From: Synechococcus sp. UW140
GTDB taxonomy: Bacteria > Pseudomonadota > Gammaproteobacteria > Burkholderiales > Burkholderiaceae_C
Direction of reading: 5' to 3'
DNA: 64,000 nucleotides
NCBI GenBank assembly: GCA_943370905.1
Contig: CALRSS020000003.1
Span: forward strand, 172,183 to 236,182
The position numbers and the translations under genes were made by a program. Below the pieces are notes generated by a model that searched no databases, was not told where the DNA came from, and saw nothing but the letters and a program-made list of their open reading frames with translations. Shown here piece by piece: positions 58,233 to 64,000 of this stretch (its first letter is position 1; each line of letters begins with the position of its first letter).

Positions 58233-58886
58233 TCAGGCTCCTCGGGTCGTGTCGGAGTTGTCGGAGTTGTTGGAGGTGAGGCCCAGCGTGTCCATCCACC
58301 CCGCCAGTTCCCGCTCGTGGTCGTTCCCGGCGGCATAGTGCGACTTCATGGCCACATGGCTTTCCGGCCGGTGCTGATTCAGCTTGATCTTGCACTGCCA
58401 CTCGGTCACTTTCAGTTCGAAGGCAACGATGCCGCTCATCATCTTGTGCTGATAGTCCTCGGGCAGGCCGCGCCACTGGGCGGTGTAGGCCGGGTCGTGG
58501 TCGTGGATCAGGTGCTTGAGCAGGCGGTCCTTGTCGTCGAAGTGCTCGACAAGCGTGGCTTCGACCTTGCAATGCACCAGCACATAGTTCCAGGTCGGTA
58601 CCCTGGCGAGGTCAGGATAGACCCGCGGCGTCATGTAGGCATGCGGGCCCATGAAGGTCACCACCGCCTGGGGGCGCGCCTGCAGGTAGCGCCAGTGGGG
58701 GTTGGGCTTGGCGCAGTGACCGAGCAGCAGCGTCTGGCCGCCCTCCTCCAGCAAATGCAGCGGCAGCGGCGTGACGAAGGGCTGCCCTGCGTCATCGGTC
58801 GAGATCAGCGACGCAAAGGGATGGGCGCGGATCAGGTCGCGCGCGTGCTGGTCGTCTTTGGCCTTGAACTGGGGAGGAAGGTACAT
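58233..58886 (-). CDS. PaiB-family FMN-binding protein
   Basis: MYLPPQF, GHCAKPNP, GPHAY, VPTWNY, KLNQHR. Confidence 0.88.
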   Translation of the reverse strand: MYLPPQFKAKDDQHARDLIRAHPFASLISTDDAGQPFVTPLPLHLLEEGGQTLLLGHCAKPNPHWRYLQARPQAVVTFMGPHAYMTPRVYPDLARVPTWNYVLVHCKVEATLVEHFDDKDRLLKHLIHDHDPAYTAQWRGLPEDYQHKMMSGIVAFELKVTEWQCKIKLNQHRPESHVAMKSHYAAGNDHERELAGWMDTLGLTSNNSDNSDTTRGA

Positions 58887-58961
58887 CGGGAATCCTCTGG
58901 CATGGACAGATCATTGTGCCAGCCCTGTCGGTGGCTGACTGCGACGTTAGACTGGCTGACC

Positions 58962-60035
58962 ATGCAAGACGCACTGTTCCCGCAAGACGATGTGCCTGAA
59001 CCCAAGCCGAAGGCCACACCGGCGCGCGCGGCCACGCCAGCAAGTCGCCCGGCGCGATCAAAACCCGGTGGACAGGTGGGCGCCGCCGAGGCCCGGGAGG
59101 CGCATCGGGCACTCGCTGCCGATCTTCCCGCAAGGGCCAGCGTGGGCACGTCCTCGTGGAACTACCCCGGCTGGACCGGCCTCGTCTGGGACGATGTGTA
59201 TGCCGAGACCGCCCTGTCGAGGCACGGACTGGCGGCGTATGCCCGGCACCCGCTGTTCCGCACGGTGAGCCTGGACCGCGCCTTCTATCGCCCGTTGACA
59301 ACCGAGCAGTACGCCGCCTACGCCGCCCAGGTGGACGATGATTTCCGGTTTGTGGTGAAGGCCCCTGCGCTGGTGACGGATGCCACCGTGCGTGGCGAGA
59401 AGGGTCAGGCGCTGCAGCCGAACCCGGCGTTTCTGGACCCGGAACTGGCGGTTGCGGAGTTCGCACTGCCCGCACTTCAGGGGCTGGGCCGCAAGCTGGG
59501 TGCACTGGTGTTCCAGATCAGCCCCTTGCCGGGCGTGATGCACGCCCGTATCCCTGAATTGCTGCAGCGCCTGGCCCGCATGCTGCAGGCACTGCCCGAC
59601 CTGACAGCAGACGCGCCGGATGCGGTCGTGGCGGTGGAAGTGCGTGACCCGGTCTGGCTGGGGCCCGAGCTGGCGACGGTGCTGAAAGCTTCAAAGGCCA
59701 CCTACTGCCTCGGCCTGCACGCCAAGATGCCGCCGATTGAAGGCCAGTTGCCGATGCTGCGTGCGCTGTGGCCCGGGCCACTGGTGTGCCGCTGGAACCT
59801 GAACCGACTGCACGGCGCCTACGGCTATGAAGACGCTGCCGATCGTTATCTGCCTTACGACAAGCTGGTGGACGAAGATGTGGAGACCCGCCGCGCACTG
59901 GCCCGCGTGGTTCGGGCGACAGCCGAAGCGGGCTACCCTGCCTATGTGACGATCAGCAACAAGGCTGAAGGCTCGGCGCCGCTGTCGGTGGAAAAACTGA
60001 TGGCCGAGATTCAGGCCCAGGGCGGCGAGCGCTGA
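58962..60035 (+). CDS. DUF72 family protein
   Basis: VGTSSWNYPGW, FYRP, FRFVVKAP, FQISP, AVEVR, NKAEGSAP. Confidence 0.9.
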   Translation: MQDALFPQDDVPEPKPKATPARAATPASRPARSKPGGQVGAAEAREAHRALAADLPARASVGTSSWNYPGWTGLVWDDVYAETALSRHGLAAYARHPLFRTVSLDRAFYRPLTTEQYAAYAAQVDDDFRFVVKAPALVTDATVRGEKGQALQPNPAFLDPELAVAEFALPALQGLGRKLGALVFQISPLPGVMHARIPELLQRLARMLQALPDLTADAPDAVVAVEVRDPVWLGPELATVLKASKATYCLGLHAKMPPIEGQLPMLRALWPGPLVCRWNLNRLHGAYGYEDAADRYLPYDKLVDEDVETRRALARVVRATAEAGYPAYVTISNKAEGSAPLSVEKLMAEIQAQGGER

Positions 60036-60047
60036 GCCCTCCGGGCA

Positions 60048-61667
60048 TCACTCCCACTCGATGGTCGCTGGCGGCTTGCTGCTGACGTCGTAGGTAACGC
60101 GGTTGATGCCGCGCACTTCGTTGATGATGCGGCCCGATACCTTTTTGAGCAGCGCGTAAGGCAGTTCGGCCCAGTCGGCCGTCATGAAGTCGCTGGTCTG
60201 CACGGCGCGCAGCGCCACCACATAGTCGTAGGTGCGGCCATCGCCCATCACGCCCACACTCTTGACTGGCAGGAAAACCGTAAACGCCTGGCTGGTGAGG
60301 TCGTACCAGCTCTTGCCGGTGGCAGCGTCCTTGAAGTTGCGCAACTCCTCGATGAAGATCGCGTCGGCCCGGCGCAGCAGGTCGGCGTATTCCTTTTTGA
60401 CTTCACCCAGAATGCGCACACCGAGGCCGGGGCCGGGGAACGGGTGGCGATACACCATGTCGTGTGGCAAGCCCAGGGCCACGCCCAGCTCGCGCACCTC
60501 ATCCTTGAACAGCTCGCGCAGCGGCTCCAGCAATTTCAGGCCCAGTTGCTCCGGCAAACCGCCCACGTTGTGGTGGCTCTTGATGGTGACGGCTTTCTTG
60601 CTCTTGGCGCCGCCGGACTCGATGACATCCGGGTAAATCGTGCCCTGAGCCAGAAATGTCGCACCTTTGTGGCCACCGGTACCCGCCTTGAGTTTGGCCG
60701 CCTGGGCCTTGAACACCTCGACAAACTCGCGCCCGATGATCTTGCGCTTGGCTTCCGGCTCGCTCACGCCCGCCAGATGCCCCAGGAACTGGTCGCTGGC
60801 ATCCACCCGGATCACGTTGGCGTGCAGCTTGCCGACAAACATGTCCATCACCATGTCGCCCTCGTTCAGGCGCAGCAGACCGTGGTCCACAAACACACAA
60901 GTGAGCTGGTCGCCGATGGCGCGGTGAATCAGTGCCGCTGCCACTGAAGAATCGACGCCACCGGACAGGCCCAGGATGACTTCTTCGTCGCCCACCTGCT
61001 GGCGAATCTTCTCGACCGCCTCGGTGATGTAGTCGCCCATGATCCAGTCGGGCCGGGTGCCGCAGATGTCCAGCACGAAGCGCTTGAGGATGGCATTGCC
61101 CTGCTTGGTGTGCGTGACCTCAGGGTGGAACTGCACGGCATAAAAGCGGCGCGTCTCGTCGGCCATGCCGGCGATCGGGCACGAGTCGGTAGACGCCATC
61201 AACTTGAAGCCGGGTGGCATTTCGGTGACCTTGTCACCGTGGCTCATCCAGACATCGAGCATGCCCTGCCCTTCGGGCGTGGTGTAGTCAGCGATGTCCT
61301 TGAGCAGGGCGGTGTGGCCGCGGGCACGGACGTCCGCCGAGCCAAACTCACGCTTGTGGCCACCTTCCACCTTGCCGCCCAGCTGGTGCGCCATCGCCTG
61401 CATGCCGTAACAGATGCCCAGCACCGGAATGCCCAACTCGAACACCGCCTGCGGCGCCTTGTCGGTGGTCTCTTCGTAGACGCTGGCGTGGCTGCCGGAG
61501 AGGATCACGCCTTTGAGGGTGCCGTCCCTTGCGTAGTCACGCACCCAGTCATCGCTGACATCGCAGGGGTGAACTTCGCAAAACACGTGGGCGTCGCGCA
61601 CACGGCGTGCGATGAGCTGGGTGACCTGTGAGCCGAAATCGAGGATGAGGATTTTCTGGTGTTGCAT
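60048..61667 (-). CDS. guaA: GMP synthase
   Basis: [38 protein letters not shown]. Confidence 0.98.
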   Translation of the reverse strand: MQHQKILILDFGSQVTQLIARRVRDAHVFCEVHPCDVSDDWVRDYARDGTLKGVILSGSHASVYEETTDKAPQAVFELGIPVLGICYGMQAMAHQLGGKVEGGHKREFGSADVRARGHTALLKDIADYTTPEGQGMLDVWMSHGDKVTEMPPGFKLMASTDSCPIAGMADETRRFYAVQFHPEVTHTKQGNAILKRFVLDICGTRPDWIMGDYITEAVEKIRQQVGDEEVILGLSGGVDSSVAAALIHRAIGDQLTCVFVDHGLLRLNEGDMVMDMFVGKLHANVIRVDASDQFLGHLAGVSEPEAKRKIIGREFVEVFKAQAAKLKAGTGGHKGATFLAQGTIYPDVIESGGAKSKKAVTIKSHHNVGGLPEQLGLKLLEPLRELFKDEVRELGVALGLPHDMVYRHPFPGPGLGVRILGEVKKEYADLLRRADAIFIEELRNFKDAATGKSWYDLTSQAFTVFLPVKSVGVMGDGRTYDYVVALRAVQTSDFMTADWAELPYALLKKVSGRIINEVRGINRVTYDVSSKPPATIEWE

Positions 61668-61685
61668 GAAAAAAGTCTTCAGGGC

Positions 61686-61716
61686 AAAAAAAGAAAGGCG
61701 CCAGTGATGGCGCCTT
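61686..61716 (-). terminator. Intrinsic terminator-like hairpin between guaB and guaA
   Basis: Minus-strand AAGGCGCCA-TCAC-TGGCGCCTT followed by TCTTTTTTT. Confidence 0.7.
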
Positions 61717-61730
61717 GTGGACTCGGTGGA

Positions 61731-63200
61731 TCAGTCTGCTCTGTAATTCGGAGCTTCTTTGGTGATCTGCACGTCGTGGACATGACTTTCGCGGATGCCG
61801 GCGGAGGTGATCTCCACAAATTCAGCCCGGTCGCGCATCTCGTCGATGGTGGCGCAGCCGCAGTAGCCCATGCTGGCACGCAGGCCGCCGGCCATCTGGA
61901 ACATGATGGCCACCATGGAGCCCTTGTAGGGCACGCGGCCTTCAATGCCCTCGGGCACCAGCTTGTCGGCATTCGGGTTGCCGGTGCTCGATTCCTGGAA
62001 GTAGCGGTCGGCACTGCCCTGCTGCATCGCGCCAATGCTGCCCATGCCGCGGTAGCTCTTGTAGCTGCGGCCCTGGAACAGGATGACTTCGCCCGGCGCT
62101 TCTTCGGTGCCGGCGAACATGCCGCCCATCATCACGGTGTTGGCGCCGGCCGCAATGGCCTTGGCGATGTCGCCGCTGTAGCGGATGCCGCCGTCGCCGA
62201 TCAGCGGCACGCCGGAGCCCTTGAGCGCCGTGGCCACATTGTCGATGGCCATGATCTGCGGCACACCGACGCCCGCGACGATGCGGGTGGTGCAAATGCT
62301 GCCGGGGCCGATACCGACCTTGACGCCGTCTGCGCCTGCATCAGCCAGAGCCAAGGCAGCAGCGCCGGTGGCAATGTTGCCGCCAATCACGTCCACCTGC
62401 GGGTAGTTCTGCTTGACCCAGCGCACGCGATCGATCACGCCCTTGCTGTGGCCGTGGGCCGTGTCCACGACGATGGCATCGACGCCGGCACGCACCAGCG
62501 CTTCGACGCGCTCTTCCGTGCCCTCGCCCACACCCACCGCGGCACCGACGCGAAGCTGCCCATGTGAGTCACGGGCGGCGTTCGGGAAGGTGGTCTGCTT
62601 GGTGATGTCCTTGACGGTGATCAGGCCCTTGAGTTCGAAGTTGTCGTTGATCAGCAGCACGCGCTCCAGGCGGTGCTTGTTGAGCAGCGCCTTGGCATCG
62701 GCCAGCGTGGCCGTTTCGGGCATGGTGATCAGGCGCTCGCGTGGCGTCATGATGGTGCTCACGGGCACGTCCATGCGTGATTCGAAGCGCATGTCGCGAC
62801 CGGTGACGATGCCCACGACCCTGCCGCCGTCGATCACGGGGAAGCCCGAAATGCCCAGTTGCTCGCTGAGCGCCATGACCTGGCGCACAGTGTGGGTCGG
62901 TGTGATGACCACTGGGTCACGCAACACGCCGCTCTCGTAACGCTTGACCCTGGCCACTTCGGCGGCCTGCTGCTTGGGTGTGAGGTTTTTGTGGACGATG
63001 CCGATGCCGCCTTCCTGGGCAATGGCAATTGCGAGGCGGGCCTCGGTGACTGTGTCCATGGCCGCTGACACCAATGGCAGGTTCAGGCGGATATTGCGGG
63101 AAAACTGGGTGGAAAGCGAGGTGTCCTTGGGCAGGACCTGGGAGAACGCTGGCACCAACAATACGTCGTCGAAGGTGAGCGCTTTGCCGAGTAGGCGCAT
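61731..63200 (-). CDS. guaB: IMP dehydrogenase
   Basis: SAAMDTV, CBS pair, [22 protein letters not shown]. Confidence 0.98.
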   Translation of the reverse strand: MRLLGKALTFDDVLLVPAFSQVLPKDTSLSTQFSRNIRLNLPLVSAAMDTVTEARLAIAIAQEGGIGIVHKNLTPKQQAAEVARVKRYESGVLRDPVVITPTHTVRQVMALSEQLGISGFPVIDGGRVVGIVTGRDMRFESRMDVPVSTIMTPRERLITMPETATLADAKALLNKHRLERVLLINDNFELKGLITVKDITKQTTFPNAARDSHGQLRVGAAVGVGEGTEERVEALVRAGVDAIVVDTAHGHSKGVIDRVRWVKQNYPQVDVIGGNIATGAAALALADAGADGVKVGIGPGSICTTRIVAGVGVPQIMAIDNVATALKGSGVPLIGDGGIRYSGDIAKAIAAGANTVMMGGMFAGTEEAPGEVILFQGRSYKSYRGMGSIGAMQQGSADRYFQESSTGNPNADKLVPEGIEGRVPYKGSMVAIMFQMAGGLRASMGYCGCATIDEMRDRAEFVEITSAGIRESHVHDVQITKEAPNYRAD

Positions 63201-63337
63201 AGGGATGGCTCCAAAAACACGATTGTACCCTCGTCATGCCGGCCGGCTGGGGCAGCGGCATGGCTGTCATGGGTGGCGAAAAAGCGACGTTGTCCCCGGT
63301 GGGCGGCAAAGTTTCACCACGGCGCTAAACTCACCAC

Positions 63338-63865
63338 ATGGATCACCAATCTGTCACCAGAACCGCTGCTTTGACCGTGCTCGGGCTCGCCATGACCTTC
63401 AGTGCCGCCGCCCAGTGGCAATGGCTGGACAAGGATGGCCGCCGTGTCTTCAGCGACCGCTCCCCGCCTTCCGATATTCCCGAGAAAAACATCCTGAAGC
63501 AGCCTGCCGGCAGTAAACGCACGACAACGTTGGCTGTCACGGACGCCACGGTTGCGCCCACGGCCTTGCCAGCCAGTCAGCCCGCGGGCAACGTGCCCAA
63601 GCTGAGCGGCAAAGACCCTCAACTCGCAGCAAAGAAAAAACAGGCCGAGGAAGAGGAAGCAGCGAAGAAGAAAGCCGATGAGGACAAGCTCGCCAAGGTC
63701 AAGGCGGAAAATTGCGCCCGGGCCAAGGACGGACTGACCACTTTTGAATCAGGTGCACGTGTGGCAGTTCGCAATGCCAAGGGGGAGCGCGAGATCATGG
63801 ATGACGCGGCCCGCGCCGTCGAGGTCAAGCGCCTGCAAGGCATCGTGTCCACTGAATGCCGCTGA
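63338..63865 (+). CDS. DUF4124 secreted protein
   Basis: Signal peptide then QWQWLDKDGRRVFSDRSPP; conserved position next to guaB. Confidence 0.85.
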   Translation: MDHQSVTRTAALTVLGLAMTFSAAAQWQWLDKDGRRVFSDRSPPSDIPEKNILKQPAGSKRTTTLAVTDATVAPTALPASQPAGNVPKLSGKDPQLAAKKKQAEEEEAAKKKADEDKLAKVKAENCARAKDGLTTFESGARVAVRNAKGEREIMDDAARAVEVKRLQGIVSTECR

Positions 63866-63906
63866 GCATTTGACACCAGCCCAGTGCCGGTCGTTCCCGA
63901 AACGCG

Positions 63907-64000
63907 TCAGTAGCCGGCTTTGGCGCCGGCTCGCCGGCTGGCGAACAAGCCCGCACTGCGCGATCCCTGCTTGTTGAACCGCTCGCGGCGCGCAGTTTTG
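63907..64000 (-). CDS. ratB: RatB/RnfH-family protein, C-terminus (partial)
   Basis: Manual translation ...KTARRERFNKQGSRSAGLFASRRAGAKAGY*; matches the usual ratA-ratB-DUF4124-guaB order. Confidence 0.7.
   Translation of the reverse strand, partial: KTARRERFNKQGSRSAGLFASRRAGAKAGY

Overview
High-GC (about 65% by eye) betaproteobacterial chromosome segment, most like Comamonadaceae, judged from gene content and the orders mltG-tmk-holB-pilZ-tatD-ankyrin and ratB-DUF4124-guaB-guaA. 0-16.5 kb: Liv-type ABC transporter end plus a fatty/dicarboxylic-acid beta-oxidation cluster with a FadP-like operator. 19.7-26.5 kb, the most unusual part: a four-gene secreted operon. It encodes a small protein with three 38-39 aa Q/N/S/G-ladder repeats and a C-terminal CxxC, a second small secreted protein, a CsgG/HfaB-like lipoprotein fused to peptidoglycan-binding and DUF4384 domains, and a Sel1 protein. 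It diverges from a NarL/LuxR two-component pair and is a candidate undescribed functional-amyloid/adhesin system. 26.7-42.2 kb: tex (carrying an in-frame 54-bp palindromic element), metabolic genes and core housekeeping genes. At 42343-42370 a XerCD dif-like site coincides with a switch in KOPS polarity and gene orientation, so the window probably spans the replication terminus. 42.6-55.7 kb: signal-transduction-rich block with an O2-sensing FNR, FNR boxes, a FixL-like PAS kinase, USPs, a DksA-like protein, a cyclase-FHA protein and a PAS-REC protein without a kinase core. 56-64 kb: TadA fused to a haloalkane-dehalogenase-like domain, PaiB, DUF72, guaA and guaB. No rRNA, tRNA, CRISPR array, integrase or transposase was recognised. 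All family assignments are from motif recognition by eye, not from database searches.
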